Virus record (IMG/VR): IMGVR_UViG_3300035520_000781
Span: 1-64,000 of that record
Length of the DNA stretch: 64,000 nucleotides
DNA from: a virus
Taxonomy: Duplodnaviria > Caudoviricetes
Strand: one strand, 5' to 3'
This document shows, in pieces, positions 8,066-16,965 of this stretch. Made by a program: the position numbers and the translations under genes. The notes under the pieces are model-generated. The model made no database searches and was not told the origin of the DNA. It was given only the letters and a program-made list of their open reading frames with translations. The number at the start of each line of letters is the position of its first letter. The stretch's first letter is position 1.

Positions 8066-8314
8066 ATGGACTTCAGAGAAGTATTCTCAGTACAACAGCT
8101 GGATGCTGATTTGTATGACTATGCCTGGACAAAGTTTGACCTGGCTAATGATGAGAATGACCAAGTCGTAGAATTTGACTTTGGTCAGGAATGTACAGCA
8201 AAAGAGCTGTACAAATCTATGGAAGAACATTGGCTTGACCCCTATGCCGAGCAAATGTTTCAGTACTTTAAAAGCCATCCTCTGAGTTGCTGGAGTATGG
8301 CTGATGAGTATTAA
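8066..8314 (+). CDS. acidic hypothetical protein
   Basis: 82 aa; N-terminus similar to the 8487 ORF. Confidence 0.7.
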   Translation: MDFREVFSVQQLDADLYDYAWTKFDLANDENDQVVEFDFGQECTAKELYKSMEEHWLDPYAEQMFQYFKSHPLSCWSMADEY

Positions 8315-8486
8315 TCTCTCAAACTATCCATTATTATGGAACATGCTGTAAACAAAAACTTCTGGTGGGGAAACCCATCAGGAGTTTATGGAGAACCTTG
8401 GCCAATAAAGGACTCCACAAAAAGCTACAAAGGCATCTATTTGCCAAAAGGTGGTAAAAAACAAAGAAAACTTAACAACAAATAAC

Positions 8487-8732
8487 ATGGACTACAAAGA
8501 AACTTTTGGTGTCAGCACAGAAATTGATGGCACCTTTAGCTGTGAGTGGGAAAAGTTCAGTAAGGAAGCCGATGAGCCAGAATATCTGTGTATGGATTCA
8601 TGGAAGCACTACTTCTATATTCCTTTGGACAAAGTGCTTGAGCTCTTTAAGGCATACCACATTGACACAGAAGAAGCCCTGTTCCACTTAGCCTCTCCAA
8701 ATGGGAGATACTATGTTGAGAAGTACTACTAA
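8487..8732 (+). CDS. acidic hypothetical protein
   Basis: ATG start MDYKETFGV. Confidence 0.7.
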   Translation: MDYKETFGVSTEIDGTFSCEWEKFSKEADEPEYLCMDSWKHYFYIPLDKVLELFKAYHIDTEEALFHLASPNGRYYVEKYY

Positions 8733-8808
8733 CCACTCTACCCTTGCAATTGAACTACGGGGGGGCCACTCCTCCATGGTTCTTGTAATTAACTAAATAT
8801 CAACAATT

Positions 8809-9219
8809 ATGTCTACTAATCATGGCTGGAACACCCAGCAATTAGAAGAGGATTGGTATTACTCTTGTAGGTCAGAGTATGCCTTTCCAGATGATGAGTT
8901 TGACCCTAATCCTGCTGCTACTTTAGAGCAGGATGCAGAGTATATTCTCAGCCAGCAAATTCTCAAAGAGTTCCAGGAAGTAAGAAACTCTCTTCCTGCA
9001 AACCTTACTTCTCTTGAAGTAGCTGAAGCCCTTGTTCAGTACAATCACTATGAAGGTTATGTTGAGGTACCTAGACATAGAAGGTGCTTTGGTCATACAT
9101 ACCTTGCTAAGAGAGAGGAATTCCTCACAAAGGAAGAGCTTGATGCCCTCAATGCTGACTTAAATAAGAGGCTTCAGAAAGCTAGACAAAAATACTTATC
9201 TAGTAAAAAGCAGAACTAA
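8809..9219 (+). CDS. hypothetical early protein
   Basis: 136 aa ORF. Confidence 0.75.
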   Translation: MSTNHGWNTQQLEEDWYYSCRSEYAFPDDEFDPNPAATLEQDAEYILSQQILKEFQEVRNSLPANLTSLEVAEALVQYNHYEGYVEVPRHRRCFGHTYLAKREEFLTKEELDALNADLNKRLQKARQKYLSSKKQN

Positions 9220-9296
9220 TAATCACCCTTCCTCTTCACCTGAGCATGTGGGTAAACTGCTCTCTTCTAACAATTTTAACTTTAACCCAAAACAGT

Positions 9297-9653
9297 ATGA
9301 TACTAAGACTGTACCCTGCCTCATTTATTGAGGATGAAGGCGCACTTAGAGGTGTGGCTTCCTTTGGCATCTGTTGCTGTGAACTCAGTGTCAACTTCAA
9401 GAAGTGTCATCTTTACACTTCTATCAATGAGATTGCTGCTATTTTTGAGAAAGCACATCTCACCATTGGCAACTTCTACTTTAAAGGCTTATCAGCTTAT
9501 GACTTTGTTGAAGAGCCTGATGGTACTCTTACTCCACTGGATGGAAGGGAGTATCAAGAAGATGGCCCAACAAAGATTGTCTGTCTCATTCCTGAGCATC
9601 TCAGAGACACATTCTATGCTCATGCTATTGACACTGACCCTTACAGTTATTAA
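9297..9653 (+). CDS. hypothetical early protein
   Basis: Likely start MILRL. Confidence 0.7.
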   Translation: MILRLYPASFIEDEGALRGVASFGICCCELSVNFKKCHLYTSINEIAAIFEKAHLTIGNFYFKGLSAYDFVEEPDGTLTPLDGREYQEDGPTKIVCLIPEHLRDTFYAHAIDTDPYSY

Positions 9654-9713
9654 TCATCAGTAATAGGGAAGGAAATCACTCTTCCCTATTACTTGAAACT
9701 AACTACAAAAAAA

Positions 9714-9980
9714 ATGGAAAAAGGAACAATCTTTCAATGTACTGCACCAAATGGAGCAGACATTACAGCAGTAGTATTAAGCTGCTACAATGAATCTCAG
9801 TTCTTGGAAACCAACATCTGCTATGGTCAAAACAGACTATTTGAGTGTGTCGTCCTTACTATCTATGAAGTTGATGATAACTTCAAGGAACATCTTACAA
9901 CAGACTATATGATGGGTGATACCATCATTGACTACTGTGTCATTCCAGAGTTGGATGAAGAACTTGCAAAAGTAAAGTAA
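9714..9980 (+). CDS. hypothetical early protein
   Basis: Likely start MEKG. Confidence 0.7.
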   Translation: MEKGTIFQCTAPNGADITAVVLSCYNESQFLETNICYGQNRLFECVVLTIYEVDDNFKEHLTTDYMMGDTIIDYCVIPELDEELAKVK

Positions 9981-10002
9981 TCACTCTTCATGTGCAACTG
10001 AC

Positions 10003-10209
10003 ATGAAACATTTAATCATCATTGCAGTGGGCATACTAGGTATGCTCATTGCAGGGTGCCAGCCTACCAAAGTGGCTGAGAGAAACTATGCTTATGAGGC
10101 ATATTGTGATTCAATCTGGGAAGCTGACCCAGACTATTACTTGGATGTCTTCTGTGAGACTGATGAGTATTGCACCTATGTTGAAACTGTTGGTGCATGG
10201 TGGAACTAA
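10003..10209 (+). CDS. putative lipoprotein
   Basis: Signal peptide with lipobox LIAG-C. Confidence 0.7.
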   Translation: MKHLIIIAVGILGMLIAGCQPTKVAERNYAYEAYCDSIWEADPDYYLDVFCETDEYCTYVETVGAWWN

Positions 10210-10220
10210 ATCTTACTACT

Positions 10221-10412
10221 ATGGACACTAAACAAGTCACTGCCATTAACAATGCTATGAGCTTCTTGGTTATGGCTGCTACACAAGAGCATCCTGAAGT
10301 ATCTAAGAAAGCATTTCAGCTCAAAGAAGAGCAAAACATGAAAGATGCTGGAGTAGACTCTAACATCATAGAGCACTTTCAGTACTTGTGTAATATTGCT
10401 CTTGCACTTTAA
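10221..10412 (+). CDS. hypothetical protein
   Basis: ATG start MDTK. Confidence 0.65.
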   Translation: MDTKQVTAINNAMSFLVMAATQEHPEVSKKAFQLKEEQNMKDAGVDSNIIEHFQYLCNIALAL

Positions 10413-10459
10413 TTCTAATGCTTGTGGGCTGCTCTAGTGTGGAACCCTCATTTACAACT

Positions 10460-10807
10460 ATGACAAATAAATCTACATTGCGAGCCATTGACCAAAAGCT
10501 CCGCAAAATGAATTATCACAGCAAAGTTGCTGTGGAGTTCCTTCCACAAAAAGAGGGAGAATCCTCTAAAATTGTCTACATGACAGAACCTCAAATCAGA
10601 GCACTTCAAACTCTGGTTGCAGAGAGAGTAAAGCTCTCTGACTGGGAAACTACCCAGAAATGGCTTGCCACATTCATTGTCTATGATGGCAGGACTAAAA
10701 GAGGGTCTAGACCCATGCAATTCAGACCTGATGGAAGATTTGTGAATGACTTCCAACCAGGATTTATGAATGTCATTTCTGACTTAGCCATTGAGCTATT
10801 TGACTGA
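10460..10807 (+). CDS. hypothetical protein
   Basis: Likely start MTNKS. Confidence 0.7.
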   Translation: MTNKSTLRAIDQKLRKMNYHSKVAVEFLPQKEGESSKIVYMTEPQIRALQTLVAERVKLSDWETTQKWLATFIVYDGRTKRGSRPMQFRPDGRFVNDFQPGFMNVISDLAIELFD

Positions 10808-10865
10808 ACAAACCACTCTCCCTCTCTCCTCTTATTTACTCATTTACTAATTTAACTCAATAATT

Positions 10866-11195
10866 ATGAGTATCCTCAAAACTCTCAAAACTTTACAGGC
10901 TACATGGAAACCTGTTAAGTTCTTTAACCTCCAAGAAGAGGCTGAAAAAGCAGGACTTGACATTATTAGTGTCAAGGTTGTGCCCAGTGAGTTGCCTAAT
11001 ACACTTCCTTCAATCCAAATAAGGGTGTTTAAAGGTGGCAGAAGTGTGTTCTACATGATTAGAATTACACCTGACGTGTCTTACCATATTGGAGCATTTA
11101 TTGCCCCTTCTGACATAACCATACTTGAACTGGCTCAGTATGATTGCTTTGATAAACCTACTAATGAAGGTCATATCTTAAGAGCTAAATTCTAA
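10866..11195 (+). CDS. divergent member of the NIFxSLKVYAGKW family
   Basis: MSILKTLKT..W..VKVVPSE..I.IL.L..ILR aligns with the next three genes. Confidence 0.7.
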   Translation: MSILKTLKTLQATWKPVKFFNLQEEAEKAGLDIISVKVVPSELPNTLPSIQIRVFKGGRSVFYMIRITPDVSYHIGAFIAPSDITILELAQYDCFDKPTNEGHILRAKF

Positions 11196-11259
11196 GCAAA
11201 TCACTCTTCCTCTCCCCTCGAAACTAACATCTTTCAAACAACACTTAAAACCTAACAAA

Positions 11260-11580
11260 ATGCTTAACATCTTTGCATCTCTCAAGGTGTATGCTGGCAA
11301 GTGGGCACCTAAAGCTAACATGGTTGATGATAACAATCAGCCCATTGAGAATCCTCGCAACCTCACTGAAGCTGAAGTGGCTTCAATCTTCTCTGCCATT
11401 GTTGTTCCATCTGAGTATGGCAACAGTGTGGAGTTCACCAGAGTTGGTGGAGGCAAATCCTACATCCCTCTTGACAGGGACTCAACACTTGGTATTGGTG
11501 ACATTGTTGATGTCACTAAGGCTAAAATCCTCACCTTGGAAAAGCAGGGTGAGGATGACATTCTAAGAGTTGTCATCTAA
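11260..11580 (+). CDS. paralogue family protein (beta-rich, possibly OB-fold)
   Basis: MLNIFASLKVYAGKW...VVPSEYGNSV...LEKQGEDDI. Confidence 0.8.
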   Translation: MLNIFASLKVYAGKWAPKANMVDDNNQPIENPRNLTEAEVASIFSAIVVPSEYGNSVEFTRVGGGKSYIPLDRDSTLGIGDIVDVTKAKILTLEKQGEDDILRVVI

Positions 11581-11592
11581 GTCATCTCTCGT

Positions 11593-11622
11593 AAAGCATC
11601 CCTTAATTGGGATGCTTTTTTT
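11593..11622 (+). terminator. intrinsic terminator
   Basis: AAAGCATCCC-TTAATT-GGGATGCTTT followed by a T run. Confidence 0.8.
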
Positions 11623-11731
11623 AGAGTCACATAGTTTCAGCAAGAAAGTTACGAAGAGAGGATTTTGGAGCAAGGCTAATCACTCTTCCTCAGTACTTGG
11701 CAATATTGCCCAAAACATAAAAAGATATAAT

Positions 11732-12016
11732 ATGCTTAATATCTTTGCAAGCCTGAAGGTATATGCAGGCAAGTGGTCTTTAAAGGCCTCAAGAAGCTTC
11801 TCAGAAGAGGAGATTAATGCCATCTCTATGGCAGTAGTAGTGCCCAGTGAGTATGGCAACAGTGTTCAATTCATCAGAAAGGAAGGTGGCATGAGCTACA
11901 TTCCCCTGTCACAAGATGCCAATGTGGGAATTGGCGAGGTCATTGACCTTAAGTCTGCCAAGTTGATAACCTTGGAGAAGCAAGGTGAGGCAGACATCTT
12001 CAGAGTAGAAATTTAA
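11732..12016 (+). CDS. paralogue family protein
   Basis: True start MLNIFAS at 11732. Confidence 0.8.
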   Translation: MLNIFASLKVYAGKWSLKASRSFSEEEINAISMAVVVPSEYGNSVQFIRKEGGMSYIPLSQDANVGIGEVIDLKSAKLITLEKQGEADIFRVEI

Positions 12017-12018
12017 GA

Positions 12019-12053
12019 TTAAGGAGGAGATATAATGTCTCCTCCTTAATTTT
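12019..12053 (+). terminator. hairpin terminator
   Basis: TTAAGGAGGAGA...TCTCCTCCTTAA. Confidence 0.65.
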
Positions 12054-12112
12054 CTCCTCTTGTGGTAAAAGCAAGAAAATTTATAGTTTCAGCAAGAAAT
12101 TTGGAGTCTTTG

Positions 12113-12213
12113 TTTTTTCTCTTTCTCTCTCTTTTTTCTCTTTTCTTTCTTTCTTTATATATTTCTTTCTTTCTTTTCTCTTTTTTCTCTCTCTTTCTCT
12201 TTTTATTTTCTTT
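12113..12213. repeat. ~100 bp polypyrimidine/polypurine tract
   Basis: Almost only T and C on the + strand. Confidence 0.9.
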
Positions 12214-12550
12214 AAATAATAGTAATGGGTGCAGAGAGCTAAACTTTGGCATAGAAATGAAGGAAACTATGGGCATAGGTAAGAGTAAACTTTGGGGGAG
12301 AAAGAGTAAAAGCAATGAAGTTAAAAGTGGGCAGTATGGCTAATCACTCTTCCTTGGTTCCTGACTTGCCGTAGTGAGTCATGGGTTATTAGTTATATTT
12401 AACTCAGTAAGAAGTTAAAAGTCTGGCTAATCACTCTTCCTTTGCTCTTGACAACACCCTGTGTGTTATATATTATCTTTCATTCAACAAACAACAAATG
12501 TCATAAAAAACATTGGAACCCTTTGACATTTTTATTTAGGGAAAACAGAG

Positions 12551-12832
12551 ATGAACATTTTTTCTTCTCTTAAAGTTTATGCTGGTAAGTGGTCTGTAAA
12601 GTCTTCTCGTGACTTCTCAGAAGAAGAAATCCAGGCAATCCGCAGTGCCTCAGTTGTCCCCTCAGAGTATGGCAACTCAGTCTGCTTCATGATGGTAAAT
12701 GGTGGTCAGACCTTTATTCCTCTGTCCACTCAGTCAACTCTTGGTGTTGGTGATAAAGTTGACATCACCAAAGCTAAGTTGCTGACCCTTGAGAAACAAG
12801 GTGAAGCTGACATCTATCGTGTTGAAGCTTAA
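12551..12832 (+). CDS. paralogue family protein
   Basis: MNIFSSLKVYAGKW...VVPSEYGNSV...LEKQGEADI. Confidence 0.8.
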   Translation: MNIFSSLKVYAGKWSVKSSRDFSEEEIQAIRSASVVPSEYGNSVCFMMVNGGQTFIPLSTQSTLGVGDKVDITKAKLLTLEKQGEADIYRVEA

Positions 12833-12845
12833 GGAGTTATAAAGT

Positions 12846-12901
12846 AAAAGTAAACAATTGGTTGAGCCTTCTCTCCTCCTCCAATTGTTTACTTTTCTTT
12901 T
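12846..12901 (+). terminator. hairpin terminator closing the early region
   Basis: AAAAGTAAACAATTGG...CCAATTGTTTACTTTT. Confidence 0.65.
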
Positions 12902-13435
12902 AAGCTAATAGCTTGAGCAATAAATTTTCATAACTATTTCTACTGAATCCACGTAGGTTGAGGCCCTTAAGAACCTCTACTGTTTGTTGGTGTAGTAAGT
13001 TAATAACCAACCATTCTTTATAGAATCCTGCAGTAAATCTATAGAGAATGAATATGTTTTGTTAAGTGCAAACAACACTATAATCTGTTGTGACTTTCTG
13101 TCAAAAGGACAGTATTTTTAAAAAACTCAATAACTTCCCAAGATGTTGAGGGCACCAGTTTCTTTATATGATTTATCAAAGAACCAGTAAGTTTAGAGGA
13201 GATAGACCTCACACTTTAAGTGGACTGAATTTCTAATAGTAATATTAGAGTGGGGAGATAAATTAGTAACAATATAAAGTTTTAGGTGTAAAACACAAAG
13301 TTTACTGGATGTCACTAACCAGTATAAATAATGTGGAGTGACAAGATTGTTCCCATTAGTCTAAATTTTGTATCAAGCCTTGAGTTAAAGGGATAAAGAC
13401 TTGATACTAACTTTTTACTTTAAACATTTAACAAG

Positions 13436-13771
13436 ATGGCACAAAACATCCAAGAAAATCAACTGGGATTTAAACTTGTAAAGGTTTTAACTCCTGGTGA
13501 AATGATTGCCACTCTCTATGTAGATTGGACAACAACACACATTTCAACCTTTGAAGTCATAAAATTATTTATGACTAAACTTGGCAAAACAGACTCAAAC
13601 CATGTAGGGGGCTTTAGAAATGCTCAGAAAAGCATGGATAATGAACAAAAAGTACTATTTAGTACTTACTGTGCAAGAGAAGGTCTGTTTGAAAACCTTT
13701 ACATTCAAAAGACTAAAAATGGGCTTACTGCCTATAAAGCAATTGAGAAATATGAGGTAATTGACCTCTAA
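13436..13771 (+). CDS. hypothetical protein
   Basis: 111 aa ORF. Confidence 0.7.
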   Translation: MAQNIQENQLGFKLVKVLTPGEMIATLYVDWTTTHISTFEVIKLFMTKLGKTDSNHVGGFRNAQKSMDNEQKVLFSTYCAREGLFENLYIQKTKNGLTAYKAIEKYEVIDL

Positions 13772-13783
13772 TTCTCACTTTTA

Positions 13784-13856
13784 GCTCCTATAGCTCAGTG
13801 GTAAGAGCAGCTGACTCATAATCAGAAGGCCATAGGTTCAATCCCTATTAGGAGCA
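13784..13856 (+). tRNA. tRNA with CAT anticodon (Ile2-like or Met)
   Basis: GCTCCTA/TAGGAGC; GCTGA-CTCATAA-TCAGA. Confidence 0.9.
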
Positions 13857-14020
13857 CTAATAAACAACACTATCACATACAACATTATGGCAAACAACAA
13901 GAAACATAGTACTAAAAAGTACTCAGAGATAGCTAAACAAGCTATCAAAACTAACATTTCTATTACTTATAGAATGGCAAAAGAAGGATTCTTAACAACT
14001 GAAAAAATTGAAGTTGAAGT

Positions 14021-14266
14021 ATGGAGAGAACAATTCTAATTTTAAAGTGTCTGGTATTATACTGGACACTTTTCAACATTATTATATTCATAGGGTGTAT
14101 AGACTCTTTTACCATTGGTGAAATAGTAGTATATGCAATTGTAATAGCTATGAATGTATATCTCTGCAAGAAAGTGATTAAGGAAAGTGATTTGGATTAT
14201 TTATGTCCAACTAATCTGGTTAAATTATTTTTGTTTTGGGTAAGAAAGTCAATAAAAAAGAATTGA
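14021..14266 (+). CDS. membrane protein
   Basis: Hydrophobic segments. Confidence 0.6.
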   Translation: MERTILILKCLVLYWTLFNIIIFIGCIDSFTIGEIVVYAIVIAMNVYLCKKVIKESDLDYLCPTNLVKLFLFWVRKSIKKN

Positions 14267-14307
14267 TGAATGATTTATTTTCATGAGTTTTTGTTTTGTT
14301 GAAAACC

Positions 14308-14337
14308 AATACTACAGTCTGTGAAGATAGTAGTATT
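14308..14337 (+). repeat. GTGA-loop hairpin, copy 1
   Basis: AATACTACAGTCT-GTGA-AGATAGTAGTATT. Confidence 0.75.
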
Positions 14338-14346
14338 TTATTATTT

Positions 14347-14423
14347 GGTTCAGTAGCTTAATTGGATAAAGCAACAGTCTTCTAAACTGTAGACTGAGGG
14401 TTCAAGTCCCTCCTGAATCACCA
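14347..14423 (+). tRNA. tRNA-Arg(TCT) with encoded CCA
   Basis: ACAGT-CTTCTAA-ACTGT; cloverleaf. Confidence 0.95.
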
Positions 14424-14456
14424 ACTTATTTCAAGAAATAACTAAATTAACAACAT

Positions 14457-14777
14457 ATGAAACATTTAAAATCAAGCAACAAACCATTTATTATTACAGC
14501 AATATTAGCTGCAATAATGTTCTGTTTCTCACTCACAGCATTTAGTGAAGTTATAAGAACAGACAATACTTTTAAAACAGAACAAACTTCCTCAACAGCA
14601 ACAAAAACCAAGTATACTTGGGAGGATAAAGAAGGAAATAAATATCCTATCTTTATTACTAAAAAGGGTGCTTGTTTTGTAAATAAAGTATCAAAGAAAA
14701 CTGGTAAAGAGTATAAATACTACTTGCCAAAAGAAATTCAAGAAACCATTAAAAAGGAATTAGGCTATGAAGACTGA
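14457..14777 (+). CDS. putative secreted protein
   Basis: N-terminal signal-like hydrophobic stretch. Confidence 0.7.
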   Translation: MKHLKSSNKPFIITAILAAIMFCFSLTAFSEVIRTDNTFKTEQTSSTATKTKYTWEDKEGNKYPIFITKKGACFVNKVSKKTGKEYKYYLPKEIQETIKKELGYED

Positions 14778-15015
14778 AATAGAATGGCATAAAGTGACAG
14801 AGCAACTGCCTGAACCAGAAACTAAACTTCTGATATTAGGCGACTATTCTTTTATAAATAAGGATTTAAATAAAGGTATATATGTCCCAGATATAGGATA
14901 TTACGCTACAACTCCTAATGGAACAGGATTCTACCGTGATAACAGTACTGTTCTAAATAATCATATAGTATATTGGGCATATTTTCCTAAAATTCCTGCT
15001 TATGAAAAAATATAA
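14767..15015 (+). CDS. DUF551-like phage protein
   Basis: EWHKVTEQLPE...IVYWAYFP. Confidence 0.65.
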   Translation: MKTEIEWHKVTEQLPEPETKLLILGDYSFINKDLNKGIYVPDIGYYATTPNGTGFYRDNSTVLNNHIVYWAYFPKIPAYEKI

Positions 15016-15125
15016 AGTAATAGACTCTGAGGGTTATATTCTCAGAGTCTATCCTACATATAAACAAGCCATGACTTATAAAATAGCCATGGGAAGACTT
15101 GATTGGGTAATTAAATAATTAAACT

Positions 15126-15338
15126 ATGACATATAATTTATCTTCTAATGGACTTAGATTAACAATTAAGCTTATTAGATTTATACAATCAAAAGAGTTT
15201 ACATTTATACTTCGTAGAAGTAGATTTGAAGAAAGATGCCATACTTATTTAGAATTATTGGAAAACTCAAGTCTACCCTATGAACTAAAACAAGAATTTG
15301 AATCTATAATACGTAGAAGATTAAACAATTTATTATGA
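15126..15338 (+). CDS. hypothetical, paralogue of the 15335 ORF
   Basis: Shared RFI.S..F..I..R..F...C...L...LP..L...F..II..RL. Confidence 0.7.
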   Translation: MTYNLSSNGLRLTIKLIRFIQSKEFTFILRRSRFEERCHTYLELLENSSLPYELKQEFESIIRRRLNNLL

Positions 15339-15559
15339 CTATAAAACAAGAACTTCCATTAAATGATAAGCAAATTGGTCTTATCATTAGAGTATCAAGA
15401 TTTATAAGCTCTTCTGACTTTAATTATATCCCAAATAGAGCAAACTTTGTTAAAATTTGCAGTTCTCTTCTTTTGGAACTAACAAGAGCACAACTTCCAA
15501 CAGCTTTAGAGAAGAACTTCAAAGCTATTATTCAAGATAGATTAGATATGATATTATGA
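15335..15559 (+). CDS. hypothetical, paralogue of the 15126 ORF
   Basis: ATGA overlap; shared pattern. Confidence 0.7.
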   Translation: MTIKQELPLNDKQIGLIIRVSRFISSSDFNYIPNRANFVKICSSLLLELTRAQLPTALEKNFKAIIQDRLDMIL

Positions 15560-15972
15560 GTCAGACAGAAGAACAAATGAAGCAACAAATAAATATTGAC
15601 TTTCTTTCATTACTTGAGAAAGTTAATACAATTTGTAAAGAGCATAAATATGGATTCTGTTATTATAATATCCTAAAAAATAAAAAGAATAAAGTTGGAG
15701 ACTTAGAAATAACTATAGAATTTCATAGAAAAAAATATACTTCATTTTTTGATATTAGGAACATTATAGGTAAGCATTTAAACTTTTTATTTAAATCTAT
15801 TCCTTATCTGAGTGATTCTTATGACATAAGTTTTGAAGAAAATAAATACTATTATACTTTACACAGATTTTGGAATACTGCGACTGTAGATATAGAATAT
15901 GAAATTGTCCCAAATACACCAATTGTGAAATTAAACATATATTGGTATATAAATGAAGACTATTTAAACTAA
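15556..15972 (+). CDS. hypothetical protein
   Basis: 138 aa; ATGA overlap. Confidence 0.7.
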   Translation: MSQTEEQMKQQINIDFLSLLEKVNTICKEHKYGFCYYNILKNKKNKVGDLEITIEFHRKKYTSFFDIRNIIGKHLNFLFKSIPYLSDSYDISFEENKYYYTLHRFWNTATVDIEYEIVPNTPIVKLNIYWYINEDYLN

Positions 15973-15978
15973 ATAATT

Positions 15979-16254
15979 ATGAGCTGGGCAGAAGAACAAG
16001 CATGGTTTGGGTCTGAAGATATGATTCTTCAGGCCCGACAACGCTACTTTGAGTTAGTGGAAGAAGGTATTTGGAAAACTCAAAAAGGTGAATATCTTAA
16101 AATTAGAGATATGGACACTAACCATATTAAGAATTGTATTAAATGTATATACAAATCTAATGGTAATTGGAGACCTGAGTATTTAAGACTCTTTGAAAAT
16201 GAACTCAGACGTAGAAAGAATGAAATAGTTATAAAACTCAAAATAACACTATAA
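15979..16254 (+). CDS. hypothetical phage protein
   Basis: WKTQKGEYLKIRDMDTNHIKN. Confidence 0.75.
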   Translation: MSWAEEQAWFGSEDMILQARQRYFELVEEGIWKTQKGEYLKIRDMDTNHIKNCIKCIYKSNGNWRPEYLRLFENELRRRKNEIVIKLKITL

Positions 16255-16889
16255 TGACACAAGAAAATAAAACTGTACAAGTAAATATAACCCTCGAACA
16301 AGCAAGAGAATGGGCGCAAAGCGGCAATAAAACCCTAAGAGAACTGGCTGAAAGTGCTTTTTCATACTATGAATTATTTCCTCATTTGTCTTATGAGAAA
16401 ATTCAATGTATGGGAGATGTGCTGGATTATTTAGGTATTAAAAGAAGTGACTATCTACACACAATAGATATGCTCAAATATCTAAATGATGATACTCTTA
16501 TACATACATATAAGATAAATCTTATAGCTAAAGCTATTAATGGTAAAGATTGGATTCCCTCTGACCTTGATGCTGTGTATATTCCTGAAATTATCTTAGA
16601 AGTCTGCACTAAAGAATCTCTCCCTCAATTAAAAAAGAGGTATGAGAACTTCCATTATTTTATTTGTATCACTAAAGATGATAATTGGATTAATGGTAGA
16701 GAGGATTTCAGATATGCTGTATTTATGTATACTGATAGACTTCAAGGTCATGCTAATATGGGAAGAAGTATGAATGGCAACCTTACTAATGAGATTTATT
16801 TTGAAACTCATGCTAAATTAGAACATACTTTTATGTACTTTGGCAGAGAATTATTTGACTTTTATAAAGGAACTGCACCTTTGAAATAA
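16254..16889 (+). CDS. hypothetical protein
   Basis: 211 aa ORF. Confidence 0.75.
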   Translation: MTQENKTVQVNITLEQAREWAQSGNKTLRELAESAFSYYELFPHLSYEKIQCMGDVLDYLGIKRSDYLHTIDMLKYLNDDTLIHTYKINLIAKAINGKDWIPSDLDAVYIPEIILEVCTKESLPQLKKRYENFHYFICITKDDNWINGREDFRYAVFMYTDRLQGHANMGRSMNGNLTNEIYFETHAKLEHTFMYFGRELFDFYKGTAPLK

Positions 16890-16965
16890 TCTCAATTTAT
16901 CGCAATTTATCGCAAATTGCGATATTTATATTAAGAACAATGGGAATTGCTGACATAGTTAAAAA

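Larger units (their letters stand above)
6116..12451 (+). promoter_or_regulatory. 17 dispersed copies of AAYCACTCYTCC-N8-TGA, putative phage early promoter
   Basis: Copies start at 6116, 6178, 6448, 6679, 7217, 7585, 7794, 8731, 8764, 9221, 9674, 9979, 10811, 11199, 11678, 12342, 12429; all + strand and intergenic. Confidence 0.75.

Noticed and set aside
12046-12343. Track ORFs 12046-12315 and 12062-12343
   Set aside because: Low-complexity translations of the polypyrimidine tract
6116-12451. CRISPR array reading of the repeated motif
   Set aside because: Copies are degenerate, irregularly spaced and separated by whole genes; no cas genes
16894-16923. Tandem AATTTATCGC repeat with an inverted partial copy
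   Set aside because: Only two units; too little to assign a function
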